Translations under genes and position numbers: made by a program
Notes under the pieces: model-generated
Seen by the model: only the letters and a program-made list of their open reading frames with translations
The model's database searches: none
Told to the model about the DNA's origin: nothing
Part shown: in pieces, positions 40,786 to 51,407 of the stretch
Numbering within the stretch: the stretch's first letter is position 1
Layout: each line of letters opens with the position of its first letter
NCBI GenBank assembly: GCA_963767925.1
Contig: CAVYGB010000010.1
Coordinates: 448,001-512,000 of the forward strand
Origin: an uncultured delta proteobacterium
GTDB taxonomy: Bacteria; Myxococcota_A; Polyangia; Fen-1088
Direction of reading: 5' to 3'
Length of the DNA stretch: 64,000 nt

Positions 40786-41846
40786 CGGCGCTTCCGCTGG
40801 CGGTGATCGGGGCCGTGGTCCTCTGTCTGGCGGCAGGGTGTCGGGGACAGCGGCGCTGCAACGACCGCACGGTGCTCCTGACGGTCACCCTCGTCGGGGG
40901 CGCGCAGGAGGCCGAGGAGATCGAGGTGCGGCCCAGCGTCGAGGGCCGGGCCCTGACCGGCGGCCCCGTGGCGAGACGACCGGGGGATGTCAGCGGCACC
41001 GTCGAGGTCGTGCTCGGGGACCGCTACCAGGCCGACGCGCTGGTGACCATCGTGGTGGTTGCCCGGGCCAAGGGCGTGGTGCTGGCCGAGGGGCAGGTTG
41101 TGGAATGGCTGACGGCCCGATGCTCCACGCTGTCGGTCCTCCTGGGCGCGGGCCCGTCCGTTCCCCCACTCGACGGCGCCGGTTCCGCCGATGCTGGCGC
41201 TGCCCCTTCCGATGGGCCGGAACATGCGCGCAACGAGCCAGCCGACGCGCCCCTGCCCGCGGACGGCCCGACGCCGCCCGACGCTCCGGAGGACGTCGCC
41301 CCCGACCTGCCTCCCGATGGGGCCCCCGACACGCTCCCCGCGCCCAGACGCATCTTCGTCACCCGGGATCGCTACACCGGCAACATGGGGGGCCTGGCGG
41401 GCGCGCACGGCCTGTGCACGCAGCTCGCGAACGCGGCCGGGCTGACCGGCAGCTTCAAGGCCTGGCTCAGCACCGCCACCTCGGGCCCCGCCGCGTTCAT
41501 GGCCCAGCACCCCGTCCCCTACGTGCTGCCCAGCGGCCAGGCTGTGGCCACGGGCTGGGGCGACCTCGTCGACGGCAGCCTGTCGCGGCCCATCGACCGC
41601 GATCAGAACGGGGACCTCGCCGACCCGCAAGGGATCTGCGAGGGCGGCGAGGTCTGGACCAACACCACCGCCGCCGGCACCCCCATCGGCCCCTCCGACT
41701 GCGCCGGCTGGACCAGCCTGGCCCTCGACCCCGCGCTGGCCTCGGCCGCGGGCAACCTCCGTTACAGCGACACCCGCTGGACCAGCTCGGGCTGCCGCTC
41801 GATCGGTTGCAACTTCGCTCTGCAGATCTACTGCATCGAGCAGTGA
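40782..41846 (+). CDS. Lipoprotein with C-terminal DUF1554/endostatin-like (C-type lectin fold) domain
   Basis: IFVT...Y.GN.GGLAGA...C..LA..AGL.G.FKAWLS...VWT.T...C..WTS...IYCIEQ; GTGA overlap with the TPR gene. Confidence 0.8.
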   Translation: MTALPLAVIGAVVLCLAAGCRGQRRCNDRTVLLTVTLVGGAQEAEEIEVRPSVEGRALTGGPVARRPGDVSGTVEVVLGDRYQADALVTIVVVARAKGVVLAEGQVVEWLTARCSTLSVLLGAGPSVPPLDGAGSADAGAAPSDGPEHARNEPADAPLPADGPTPPDAPEDVAPDLPPDGAPDTLPAPRRIFVTRDRYTGNMGGLAGAHGLCTQLANAAGLTGSFKAWLSTATSGPAAFMAQHPVPYVLPSGQAVATGWGDLVDGSLSRPIDRDQNGDLADPQGICEGGEVWTNTTAAGTPIGPSDCAGWTSLALDPALASAAGNLRYSDTRWTSSGCRSIGCNFALQIYCIEQ

Positions 41847-41933
41847 GGAGATGGCACCGGGCCAGCCGCCCGTGTCAGCGCCGTACTTCGCTCGCCTCAC
41901 ACGAGGCTGTCAGCGGGGTCGCCCATCTTCTCC

Positions 41934-44900
41934 TCACGGAAACTCCACCCAGGTCGTGCGCCGGTAGTGGGTGGCGGCGCTGGAGGCCACCGCCGGCGCA
42001 ACCGTCAGGCCCGTGAGCACGACCGTCTTCGGCCCCGATTGGCGCACGACCACCAGCTTGGCGCCGGCGAAGACCGCGCCGATCACCGGCTCCGAACCGA
42101 CCTCCTCGCCGTGGACCTGCCTGACCGTCTCGTCGACGGCCGACACCATGTGCATGGTGAGGAAGGTCTTGCCCCGGGAGCAGCCGTTGCCATCGCTCCA
42201 GTACCACATCGTGATGAGCGCGAAGCCCTCGCCGTCCTTGCGGAGGACGGCCGTCGGCGAGCCCAGCGGGCGGACGCCCCCGGGCAAGGGGGTAGTGCAG
42301 GTCTTGGCCACCGCGTTCCAGACGCCGCAGATCTGGGCGGAGTTGTCGCTCGAGAGCACGACGCGCTGGCCGGTGCCCCAGTCGGCGTCGGCCGCCACCA
42401 CGCTGCCGGCCCGGGCCAGGTCCTTGCGGATGATCATCTGCGACGCCGGGAAGGCGCCGCCGACGGGTGCCGTCTTGGGGTCGGAGGCGGAGTTTGTGAG
42501 CTGCACCAGGAAGATCTCTCCCGGGTGTTTGCCGGAGTCGACCAGGTCGAGCTGCACCACCGTGGGCGCGAAGTGCAGCGGGTGGCTGCAGCCCACCGAT
42601 TCGACCAGGCTGATGGTGGGCGCGGCGGTCCCCAGCACGCCGTCGGCGTCCGCCCCCGGCACGTAGCGAAACAGGTTGCCCCAGGTGTCGCCCACGTAGG
42701 CCGCGGCGATGCGCGACTTGTCCTGCTCGCCCTGGCGGCTCGCCACTGCGACGTCGGCCAGGATGGTCGGCTCGGTGGGATCCACCTTGGGCTTGCTGCA
42801 GCCTCCTCCCAGGCCCGCCGTGCTCACGTGGCTGGTGACGTTGCCGAACCAGCCATTCGTGGTGACGATCTCCAGGCCCGCGGTGCTGTTGGTGGCCTCG
42901 GTGTAGCCCGAGGCGGCCACGAGCCGGTAGTCGTCCATGGCGCTGCTCTTGCCGAAGTAGTAACCGGGCACCGAGATGGTCCGGCCCAGGGCGGTGTTGT
43001 TGGCCAGGCGGTCGCTGTCGCTGGGCACGGCGTGCTCGGTGTGCCAGCGCACCTGCACGGGCGGATCGGCCGCCGAGTTCTTCACCCCGCCCGCCCCGAA
43101 GGGCGAGGTGATATCGAGCATGAAGGTCTCGTTGCCCCCGAACCCTTCGGGCAAGACGAGCAGGATCTTCTCCACCCGCCCGCTCGAGGCGCTGCAGTTG
43201 GAGACGCAGATCTTCTTGACCTTGGCCGAGTTGGCCAGCCCGAACAGATGGTCCTTGGGTGCGGGCCGCTGGCCGCCCTGGGCATACAGCCGCCGGATCA
43301 TCTTCAACATGTCCTGCGGGATGTAGGCGAACGCCTCCTGACCCCCCTTGTATTCCGGGCCCGAGCCCACCTTCTGGGTGCGGCTGTGAAAGGCGTGTAA
43401 CATCCCGTCACTCGAGCCCACGTAGGTCAGCGTCGGCTCGAGCGGCCCGCCCACCTCGATGGGCGTCGAGTTGACGAAGGCGCCCAGCACCGCCGGGTTG
43501 CCCAGGGCCGGGTCCCCCAGCATCCAGCGGGCGACCAGCGCCGCCTCCTCGCTGGTGACTCCCAGCCCCAGGTCGCGTAGCTGGGCGGCGTTGGTGATGA
43601 CGCCGCTGGCGTCCACCTCCACCTTCACCATCTGCTTGCCGCTGGAGGTGAAGACGTTGCGCGACTTCCAGAAGTCGGGCGTCACCTCGGCGTAAGGAGC
43701 CGCGGTGTCGTCGGGGCTGAACCAGCGGGCGGCGTCCCACTTGATGACCGGCGTCCCATCGCTGACGTCGTAGGAGATGAGGTGCCCCTTCCAGCTGGGA
43801 AAGTCCACCCGCGAGTCGAGCACCGTCGTGCTGGCCACCGAGCCATCGGCCTGCTTGCTGGGGCCACCCACCGTGACCGGCGAGGTGGCGTAGCTGCCCG
43901 AGACCGAGTCGTAGATGGCCGCGGTCAGCGCCTCGTACAGGTCGGAGTCCTTGATGGCGTAGTAGCCGGTCGCGGTACCGCCCGCCTTGGCGATGTTGTT
44001 GATGGCCTTGATGTCGCGCACGCTCGACAGCGTCCCGGAGAAGCCGACGACGTAGACCTTCGTGTCGAGCGTCGTGCGGATGGAGTGGGCGTTGAGCACG
44101 GCGGCGCAGGTGCAGCCCGGACCCGGCGGAGACAGGGCGCAGTCGTTGTGGTCGCACTTGGTGTCGCCGGCACCGTTCGGCATGCCGTCGGTGATGAACA
44201 GGATGGAGTTCTTCCGGCAGGAGACTCCGTTGGTCGTGTTCTGCGATTTGACGTGCTGGATGTAGTGGTAGGCGCTCTCCTCCTTGACGGCGGCCCCGCC
44301 TGTCCCCTTGAGCGTGACGCCGGAGGGGGTGCCACCGAAGGGGTAGATGCCCCCGAGCGACACCTTGCCCGCCATGGCCGAGATCTGTCGGGCCATGTTC
44401 GAGGCGCTGGCCACCGGCAGGGCCTGGGAGGTGTCCATGAAGGCGACGCGGGCAGCGTCCCAGTGGCCGGCGTTGGTGTAGCTGAGGCCGTAGGCGGATT
44501 TGTCGTCGAGCTCGTTCGCGTAGATGTTGTTCAGGTTCCGCTTGTTGGCGGGGGCGTCCATATAGATGTACGTCTTGCCGCTGGAGACCCGGGTCCGCCC
44601 GACGTAGTCGGCGAAGGTCTTGCGGCTACCCGGGGTGGCCTTGGCGAACTGGAAGGTGTAGTGGCTCCCCTTGTAGATGCCGGTGCCCACGCCGGCGATG
44701 TCGCACACCTCGCCGCAGCCAGCGCCCCAGCTCGCGTTGCGCAGCTCGTTGGTGGTTCCCTTGTTGACCTCGTAGCGGCTGTTCTCGGTCGCCTTGAGGG
44801 TGTAAACCGTCCCGGCGATGGTGCAACTGCCGCTGGGCCCGGCGGTCGGGGTAAAGCAGCTCCCGAACTCGAGCTCCACCTTCGACAGAAATGCCGGCCG

Positions 44901-45620
44901 CGTCTCGTAGCTGACGCTGCCCGAGACCTCGAAGTAGGGGTAATAGCCCTGCTGCTTGAAGGTCATCATGCCGAAGTTCACCGACTGGTGGAACTCCTGC
45001 ACGACCTGCTTGAGCACGCGCTTGGCGATGAGCAGGCGGGAGGTGGCGGGGCCGCAGGAGTCACCGGGGATGGCGTTGCAGTCGGTCTGGTTGCGACACA
45101 TGTTCAAGCCCAGCCGGCACATCTGGATCTTCTTGACCGAGGCGTCGTCGAGCACGCAGTAGTTGTTGGGGACCCAGCCGCAGGTGTTGTCGTCGCACTG
45201 AGAATTGGAAGTGCAGAGGATGCCGTCGTCGTCGTGCCGGCAGAGGGCGGCCTTCGTGCAGTCGGAGTTCTGGGTGCAGAGGGTCGTGTCGTTCTCCCGC
45301 CCGGGACCGTTCTTCCCGCTCATCGTCATGTAGCAGCGGCCCTTCTTCCCGACGGTGCGGCAATAGGCGTCCCCCTCGTCGCAGTCCATGCCCGCCTCGT
45401 GGATGTCCATGTCGGGCGCGTTCGGCAGCAGGTTCATCGAACCCGAGGTGTCGAACACGATGAGCATGTTGGGCTTCTGGATCTGCTGCTCTATGAGCGT
45501 CAGTGGGTTGACGCGGGCCCCGGCTTCGCCCGCGGGCGTGGCCATGCCGGCCAGCACCGAAAGACAGAGGAAAGCCCGGCGGAGCGGCCGCTGGGGACGG
45601 GTGGATTCTCCGGCGTACAT
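41934..45620 (-). CDS. pilY1: PilY1-like adhesin (vWA with Cys-rich insert, C-terminal beta-propeller)
   Basis: PNML.VFDTSGSM MIDAS, ILFITDG.PN, W.GHL, S.DGMLHAF, EAFAYIP, YVGDT.GNLFRY. Confidence 0.82.
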   Translation of the reverse strand: MYAGESTRPQRPLRRAFLCLSVLAGMATPAGEAGARVNPLTLIEQQIQKPNMLIVFDTSGSMNLLPNAPDMDIHEAGMDCDEGDAYCRTVGKKGRCYMTMSGKNGPGRENDTTLCTQNSDCTKAALCRHDDDGILCTSNSQCDDNTCGWVPNNYCVLDDASVKKIQMCRLGLNMCRNQTDCNAIPGDSCGPATSRLLIAKRVLKQVVQEFHQSVNFGMMTFKQQGYYPYFEVSGSVSYETRPAFLSKVELEFGSCFTPTAGPSGSCTIAGTVYTLKATENSRYEVNKGTTNELRNASWGAGCGEVCDIAGVGTGIYKGSHYTFQFAKATPGSRKTFADYVGRTRVSSGKTYIYMDAPANKRNLNNIYANELDDKSAYGLSYTNAGHWDAARVAFMDTSQALPVASASNMARQISAMAGKVSLGGIYPFGGTPSGVTLKGTGGAAVKEESAYHYIQHVKSQNTTNGVSCRKNSILFITDGMPNGAGDTKCDHNDCALSPPGPGCTCAAVLNAHSIRTTLDTKVYVVGFSGTLSSVRDIKAINNIAKAGGTATGYYAIKDSDLYEALTAAIYDSVSGSYATSPVTVGGPSKQADGSVASTTVLDSRVDFPSWKGHLISYDVSDGTPVIKWDAARWFSPDDTAAPYAEVTPDFWKSRNVFTSSGKQMVKVEVDASGVITNAAQLRDLGLGVTSEEAALVARWMLGDPALGNPAVLGAFVNSTPIEVGGPLEPTLTYVGSSDGMLHAFHSRTQKVGSGPEYKGGQEAFAYIPQDMLKMIRRLYAQGGQRPAPKDHLFGLANSAKVKKICVSNCSASSGRVEKILLVLPEGFGGNETFMLDITSPFGAGGVKNSAADPPVQVRWHTEHAVPSDSDRLANNTALGRTISVPGYYFGKSSAMDDYRLVAASGYTEATNSTAGLEIVTTNGWFGNVTSHVSTAGLGGGCSKPKVDPTEPTILADVAVASRQGEQDKSRIAAAYVGDTWGNLFRYVPGADADGVLGTAAPTISLVESVGCSHPLHFAPTVVQLDLVDSGKHPGEIFLVQLTNSASDPKTAPVGGAFPASQMIIRKDLARAGSVVAADADWGTGQRVVLSSDNSAQICGVWNAVAKTCTTPLPGGVRPLGSPTAVLRKDGEGFALITMWYWSDGNGCSRGKTFLTMHMVSAVDETVRQVHGEEVGSEPVIGAVFAGAKLVVVRQSGPKTVVLTGLTVAPAVASSAATHYRRTTWVEFP

Positions 45621-46022
45621 ACCCTGGTCCCCAGCAAGAAGTCGTCCAACCTGAAAACGTCCTTTGCTGGTCGGCGAACCGAGCCATGACCTGGCGAAAA
45701 CGCGGCGTCGGCCGACACGTGCAGGTGATGAAGGGGACGGGGGACGACCACAACGCCGCCGGTTTACCTATGAAAGTTTCTCCGTCCCCCGCGCCGTTTT
45801 GCGAACCGACCTCAGGCACGGCGCCGCTGGCCACGCCGGCTGGACGGGGGGCGCGGCCGTTGCTTGGTTCGGCGACGCCCGGCGAAGCTGCGCCCCGGGA
45901 CGAGCTCCCCGCCCACCCGGCCGGCGTGATCTGCTGCCCCACAGCGCGACGAGGGGGGTCGCGGCCTCAGGCTCGCTACCACGTCGATGGCTCCGGCGAT
46001 CGGTGCTTCGGCATCCCGAGGG

Positions 46023-46466
46023 TCAGAAGTGGCCGTAGAGGATCCGGGCGCGGCCGGTCATGGGGAGGGTTGCCTCGCCGACCTCGGTGAAGCCTCTGGC
46101 GCGGGCCAGCTCGTCGAGATGGCGCATCCAGGGGCGGTAGGGCATGCCGTTGTCGCTGCAGCAGGGGACGACGGCGAAGGCGACGCGGTGGAGAGCGGCG
46201 TATTCTATGATCACGCGGGTTGCGCCGTCCGGATGCATGCCCACCACCAAGCCGGCGTCGCACGGTTCGTCCAGGGTGAAGGCGCGCTGAACGTAGTCGA
46301 CGCCGAGATGTTTGTGCCGGCGGTCGAAGGTGGACACGTCGCGGCCGAGCGCGGTGAGGGCCTCGTTGAGCTTGCCCAGGCCGCCGCCGACGTCGAACAC
46401 CCGCCGCGCCTCGAAGCGCGCGACCAGAAAACGGGCAAATAGAGTGAAACGCCGCAGGTCAGCCAT
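46023..46466 (-). CDS. Small SAM methyltransferase-like protein
   Basis: DVGGGLGKL, VGMHPDGAT, FAVVPCC. Confidence 0.75.
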   Translation of the reverse strand: MADLRRFTLFARFLVARFEARRVFDVGGGLGKLNEALTALGRDVSTFDRRHKHLGVDYVQRAFTLDEPCDAGLVVGMHPDGATRVIIEYAALHRVAFAVVPCCSDNGMPYRPWMRHLDELARARGFTEVGEATLPMTGRARILYGHF

Positions 46467-47084
46467 GGGGCACGTCGACCCGAAGAGGGTGACGCATCAG
46501 GGTGGCCACCGCACGCTGCCGACAGGCAACAGAAAGAAGCCACCGATGATACATGGGCCCGTACCCTCCAGGCCACTCCGCATCCTCCGTGCTTTCGTCG
46601 GGGCGCCCTACCCCATCCAGGACAGCAGCGGCGCACAGCGCCGGGTCGGGTCCGGGCCATCGGGGCTGGAGCTCAACGCCCCCCCCGGCCCGCCTCGCCT
46701 TGACGGCGCCTCGGGGTGTGGCTGGGCGTGAACAAGAGCGTTCCAGCACGCGGAACCCGACCCGGATGATCGCGTCGGCGGGTGCGTCGATCGGAGCGCG
46801 ATCGTCTCGTGAGCTGGCTCGAGGAACGCGGAGGGGTGGCGGAATCCGCAGTGACTTCCCGATCGGATCCAACCATCGCGGGCCACGGTCTTGATCGCGG
46901 CGATCAGCTCGCGTCCACTCCGGCGGGATCACTGAGTTTTTGCCTCCGATCGTCCGTACGATGGTCAAGGTGTGCGCCTTCTGAGTAACGGTGCGACCAC
47001 ACGCCTCCGGAATGCTCGCTCTCGCGGGTGATGGTTCCCCGAATTGAAACCAGCGTCATGGATGGAGGCAAGGAGAGAAGTCGC

Positions 47085-47879
47085 ATGCTCGAAAGTCTCC
47101 GTTGGCCCCGTCCCGTCTCGCTCTTCGCGCTCGCCACCTCCTGCTGGCTCGCCGCGTGCACTCCCGAGGCGCCAGCCCCATCCGAGCCGGGCCCCGCGGC
47201 CGGCGGGAGCGGAGGCTCGGGGGGAGGCGGGGGCGCTCGCCCGGGCATGACCGGGATGGCGGGGGCCATGGCGGGTGGGGGCGCTGGGACGGGAGGGGTG
47301 GGTGGCCAGGCGGGGCCGAGCACGCGCCAGGACGCCTCGACGCCCGGCACCCGCGACGCCGCCTTGCCTGGTTCCCGGGACTCCGCCGCGGGCGACGCCC
47401 CGGCTTCGCCGATCCCCGGCTTCGCCGTCTGCGTGGTCTGCCATGGTCCCCAGGGGCAGGGCATTCCGGACAAGGGACCCGAGATCCAGCACCCCGTCAT
47501 CGACTTCTCGACCTGGGTGATCCGCAACGGGCGCGTGCACCCCGGCTACAAGGAGCCGATGCTGAAGTACACCGTCGATCAGGTCTCCGATGCGCAGCTA
47601 CAAGGGATCTTCACCTTCCTCGCCTCGCCGCCCAAGCCGACCACCGGGAAGGGGCTGTACGACGACTACTGCGGCAACTGCCACGGCGGCGACGGCAAGG
47701 GCGGCGTCACCATGCGCGACATCTCCTCCGAGCCGGCCAACGTGTTCATCGCCGACAGCCGCGGTGGCCACCACCCGGGTGAGTTCGAGAATCGCCGCGA
47801 GTACATGCCAAAGTGGACCCCCGCCGAGCTCTCCGACGAGGAGCTGCGCCTCATCTTCGCCTACATCGACAGCTTGTGA
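47085..47879 (+). CDS. Diheme c-type cytochrome lipoprotein
   Basis: LAAC lipobox; CVVCH and CGNCH; candidate axial Met in PML and MPKW. Confidence 0.88.
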   Translation: MLESLRWPRPVSLFALATSCWLAACTPEAPAPSEPGPAAGGSGGSGGGGGARPGMTGMAGAMAGGGAGTGGVGGQAGPSTRQDASTPGTRDAALPGSRDSAAGDAPASPIPGFAVCVVCHGPQGQGIPDKGPEIQHPVIDFSTWVIRNGRVHPGYKEPMLKYTVDQVSDAQLQGIFTFLASPPKPTTGKGLYDDYCGNCHGGDGKGGVTMRDISSEPANVFIADSRGGHHPGEFENRREYMPKWTPAELSDEELRLIFAYIDSL

Positions 47880-47891
47880 CATCCTCGAGCG

Positions 47892-48449
47892 ATGGCCTCT
47901 CGCCAGGATCTGGGACGCGATGTCGTTCTCTCGGTGCTGCTGCTCTTCGGCATCGCGTTCTTCGTCGGCGTCGATCTCGTCGAGGACTACTTCTCGGGGC
48001 TCAGCCTTCACCACTTCCTTGTCCACGTCGGCATGCTGGGCCTGGCCATCGCCCACGGCTTCATTCTGTGGCGCCGCTTCCGGGCGCAGCGGCTGGAGGT
48101 GATGGTCCTCGATCGCGATCTGAGGGTGGCCCAGATCGAGATCGAGCGCTGGCGGCGGGAGGCGAGCGCCGCGATCCAGGGCATGGGCGCGGCGATCCAC
48201 CAGCAGCTGGAGCGCTGGCAGCTCAGCGAAGCCGAATCCGCGGTCGCGCTGCTGCTGCTGCGCGGCTTGAGTCACAAGGAGATCGCGAACCTGCGCAAGA
48301 CCAGCGAGACCACGGTCCGCCAGCAAGCGCAGGCGCTCTACCGCAAATCCGGCCTCTCCGGTCGCAACGAGCTGTCCGCGTTCTTCCTCGAGGACCTGGT
48401 CACAGCGGCGCTGGCGCCCGTCCCGGCGGGAGTGCAGCCGCAGGTCTGA
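47892..48449 (+). CDS. Membrane-anchored LuxR-type HTH regulator
   Basis: Two TM helices, coiled coil, W.LS.AE..VALLLLRGLSHKEIA.LR.TSE.TVRQQA...YRKSGL. Confidence 0.88.
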   Translation: MASRQDLGRDVVLSVLLLFGIAFFVGVDLVEDYFSGLSLHHFLVHVGMLGLAIAHGFILWRRFRAQRLEVMVLDRDLRVAQIEIERWRREASAAIQGMGAAIHQQLERWQLSEAESAVALLLLRGLSHKEIANLRKTSETTVRQQAQALYRKSGLSGRNELSAFFLEDLVTAALAPVPAGVQPQV

Positions 48450-48779
48450 GCGGCGGGAACCGGCGCGTTGATCCCGCGCCAGGCACAGCGCTTGCGCGTC
48501 CGGTGAAGAACCCTGCAAACCAGCCGCCGTCTCGGGATCGGAGGTGATGATGTCCGGATCCATTGTTCGCGAGGGTGCGCACCGCGGGTCGAAGAACCGC
48601 CCACCGGCCCGTGACCTGGCCGATCGCGGCAGGTGTGGGCGGCGCCAGACGGCGCTGTCCCCGCTGGCCGATCCGCCGGAGGTCGATGCCGCTCGCGCGA
48701 GGGCGCGGGATCCCGAACTTCGTCGCGCTCGAGAGGGACAAGGTCCGGGTCGTGTCGCAAGCGCGGGCGTGGTAGCGCC

Positions 48780-49547
48780 ATGAGAGCCAGCCGCCTCCTG
48801 GCACTCGTGGCCTTCGCGACCTCGGCTGGCCCGGCGCACGCCGTCGATCCTTTCGAGATCCAGGTTTATGAAGGGGACATCAACCGGCCGTTGCAGGCGG
48901 GGCTCGAGCTCCACAGCAACGTGACCCTTCCGCGCGAGAGCCAGCGGGACTGGCCCGGGATGCGCGGCAAGAGCTTCCTCCGCGTAACCTTCGAACCGTC
49001 CTTCGGCCTGCTCGAGTGGTGGGAGGTCGGCGCCTACTTCCAACTCGCGCTCGCGCCCGGCGATCTGAAGGGTCACTTCGGTGGCTTCAAGCTCCGGTCC
49101 AAATGGATCGTGCCCCGACGGCTGACCGGCGACTTCATCTTGGGCCTCAACGTCGAGGTGGGCCGCGGCGCCGCCCTGTTCGGAGCGGCTGACTGGGACA
49201 CCGAGTTCCGGCCCATCGTCGTGTGGTCGCGCGGTCGCCTCATGGCGGCCGCCAACCCGCTGGTCGGCTGGGCGCTGAGCGGTCCCGATCGGAGCTGGCG
49301 GCCCGACCTCGAGCCTGCCTTCAAGCTCCGCTGGGACACCGGGATGCGATTCGGGGCCGGGATCGAATACTACTCGGGGCTGGGGCTGCTGGGCGCGCTG
49401 CCAGAGCGGGCCGAGCAGGATCACTACCTCTACTTGACTGGAGACCTGGTGGACGCGCCGTTCGACCTCAACGTCGGCGTCGGCCGCGGGCTGACCGCCG
49501 CCACCAGCGCCTGGCTCTTCAAGACCATTCTCGGCGTCGGGTTCTGA
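48780..49547 (+). CDS. Outer-membrane beta-barrel protein of unknown function
   Basis: Signal peptide, DPFEIQVY, amphipathic strands, C-terminal Phe. Confidence 0.75.
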   Translation: MRASRLLALVAFATSAGPAHAVDPFEIQVYEGDINRPLQAGLELHSNVTLPRESQRDWPGMRGKSFLRVTFEPSFGLLEWWEVGAYFQLALAPGDLKGHFGGFKLRSKWIVPRRLTGDFILGLNVEVGRGAALFGAADWDTEFRPIVVWSRGRLMAAANPLVGWALSGPDRSWRPDLEPAFKLRWDTGMRFGAGIEYYSGLGLLGALPERAEQDHYLYLTGDLVDAPFDLNVGVGRGLTAATSAWLFKTILGVGF

Positions 49548-49698
49548 TCGGCCGCCTACCACGCGGGCCCGAGGCGGGACCTGAAGCTGCCCAGAGCAGC
49601 CTCAGGTACCGCGACGGCCAGCAGCTACGCTCATCGGCCCGTGCCTTCAGACGTGCCGGGCCGAAACGTCACTTTATCCACGACTGCCAAGAGGACAG

Positions 49699-50664
49699 TT
49701 AGTGGCCGGGCACCTGCACGGGCTGTCGATCAGCTGGCTCTCCGCGCTTTCCAGACAGCTGGTCGGCCTCGATCATAGCGGTGCGCATCTGGTCGGTCAG
49801 GCTGGCGAGATGGCCCGGCGAGTGCGGAATGAGGATCGCGTTCGTTCGCGATGAGGCGCCAATTTCCTTCAGCATGTCGAAGTACTGGGTCATCAGCACC
49901 AGATTCATCACGTCCCTCGCCGTCGTGCCGGGAACGGACTTCTGGAACTCGTCCACCGAATCTCGCAGACCCGCGACGATGGCCTTCCGCTGATCGGCGA
50001 TTCCCCGACCCTGCAGGGCCTTGCTCTGGGCATCGCCTTCGGCAGACTTGACCTTCAGGATTCGCTCTGCTTCTCCCTTCTCGGTCGCGGCCACCCGCAT
50101 CCGCTGTGCGGCGTTTATCTCGTTCATCGACTCCTTGACTCTCGCGTCCGGCTCGATGTCCGTAACGAGCGCCTTGAGAATCCCGTAACCAAACCCTTCC
50201 ATCACCTGAGCGAGCTCGCTCTTGACGATGTCGGCTATCTCGTCCTTCTTCGCGAAGACATCATCGAGCTTGATCTTGGGCACCTGAGCCCGCACGACAT
50301 CGAAGACGAACGACGTGATCTGGCGAGTGGCATCGTCGAGCTTGTAGAACGCGTCGTACACCTTCTCCGGCAGGACGTAGTACTGAACGGCGACCACCAT
50401 CTGGACGAACACGTTGTCCTCCGTCTTCGTCTCGATCCTGACGTCCAGCTGCTGCACGCGCAGGTTCACCCGTCCGATCACCTTATCGACGAAGGGAACC
50501 TTGACGTGCAAGCCCGGCCCGGCTTCCCTCAGGAACTTCCCGAGTCGCTGAACGATCGCGGTCGTCCGCTGCTCCACCGTGAAGAACGTAACCAGCAGCA
50601 GGGAGATCACGACGACCCCTACCGCGGCCGCCAGAAACATGGGTACCGTAAATTGACTCGACAT
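49699..50664 (-). CDS. SPFH/band 7 domain protein (HIR-like)
   Basis: ETKT.DNVFV, ITSFVFDVVRA.VPK..LDD.F, MNEINAA.R, TQYFD.LKEIG. Confidence 0.93.
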   Translation of the reverse strand: MSSQFTVPMFLAAAVGVVVISLLLVTFFTVEQRTTAIVQRLGKFLREAGPGLHVKVPFVDKVIGRVNLRVQQLDVRIETKTEDNVFVQMVVAVQYYVLPEKVYDAFYKLDDATRQITSFVFDVVRAQVPKIKLDDVFAKKDEIADIVKSELAQVMEGFGYGILKALVTDIEPDARVKESMNEINAAQRMRVAATEKGEAERILKVKSAEGDAQSKALQGRGIADQRKAIVAGLRDSVDEFQKSVPGTTARDVMNLVLMTQYFDMLKEIGASSRTNAILIPHSPGHLASLTDQMRTAMIEADQLSGKRGEPADRQPVQVPGH

Positions 50665-50966
50665 TATCGCTCCTCCAGTAACGGGTGCGCTGCCGCATGT
50701 TATCTCCTGAGACCTGCGCGGCCGCCAGGCGTCCAAGGAGAGCCATTTCAGACAACATGGGTCCTGTCCTGGCAGAGCGTCGAACCAACGAGATGATGGC
50801 CGGGCCGCCCTGATCGATAGCCTGCGGGGGGGCTGCGCGGGCCTCGGCCGTCGCAGCGAAGGAGGCGGGGCGCCTGTTCGCCGAGACCTCGAGAGGGTGT
50901 TGCCAGGCGACTCCGTAATCGCAGCGTGGCTGGTTGCTTTCCGTCCGCGTGAACCCACCTTGGAGC

Positions 50967-51407
50967 ATGGAAAGATTCGAGCTCACGTCATCTGAAATCG
51001 AACAGAAACCTCGCTTGCGAATCGCGATCGTGGTGGCCTTCGCTGTCGCCCTCGGCGCCTGCGCGCACAGCCAGCCAATGCAATCTAGCGCCCGCGTGCC
51101 CGCGGCTGAAGGGAGCGTGAAGCTCGGCAAGGGCGACAGCGGCAATACGAGAGTGACCATGAAGGTCAAACATCTGGCCGACGCCGCGATGGTGGCGCCC
51201 GGCGCGAGCACGTACGTCGTCTGGATCCAGCAGCCCGAGCGCGAGCCGCAGAACGTCGGCGCCCTGAAGGTGGGCAAGGACCGGCGCGGCGAGCTCGAGA
51301 CCGTGACGCCCCATCAAACCTTCCAGGTCTTCATCACGGCAGAGCCCACCGTATCGGCCCGAGCGCCGACCAGCGAACGTTTGATGTTCGCCAACGTCGG
51401 TCCGTGA
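50967..51407 (+). CDS. Hypothetical lipoprotein
   Basis: LGAC lipobox; VPAAEG.V, YVVW, PQNVGAL, FITAE. Confidence 0.75.
   Translation: MERFELTSSEIEQKPRLRIAIVVAFAVALGACAHSQPMQSSARVPAAEGSVKLGKGDSGNTRVTMKVKHLADAAMVAPGASTYVVWIQQPEREPQNVGALKVGKDRRGELETVTPHQTFQVFITAEPTVSARAPTSERLMFANVGP

Noticed and set aside
34092..41846. Diversity-generating retroelement (Avd-like four-helix bundle, RT fragment, C-type-lectin-fold gene, duplicated 3' gene segment)
   Set aside because: The RT is a group II intron IEP followed by D5/D6 and lacks YADD. Mismatches in the 34092/35118 repeat include C/G and T/C changes and indels rather than adenine-only changes, and I saw no template repeat for the DUF1554 gene.
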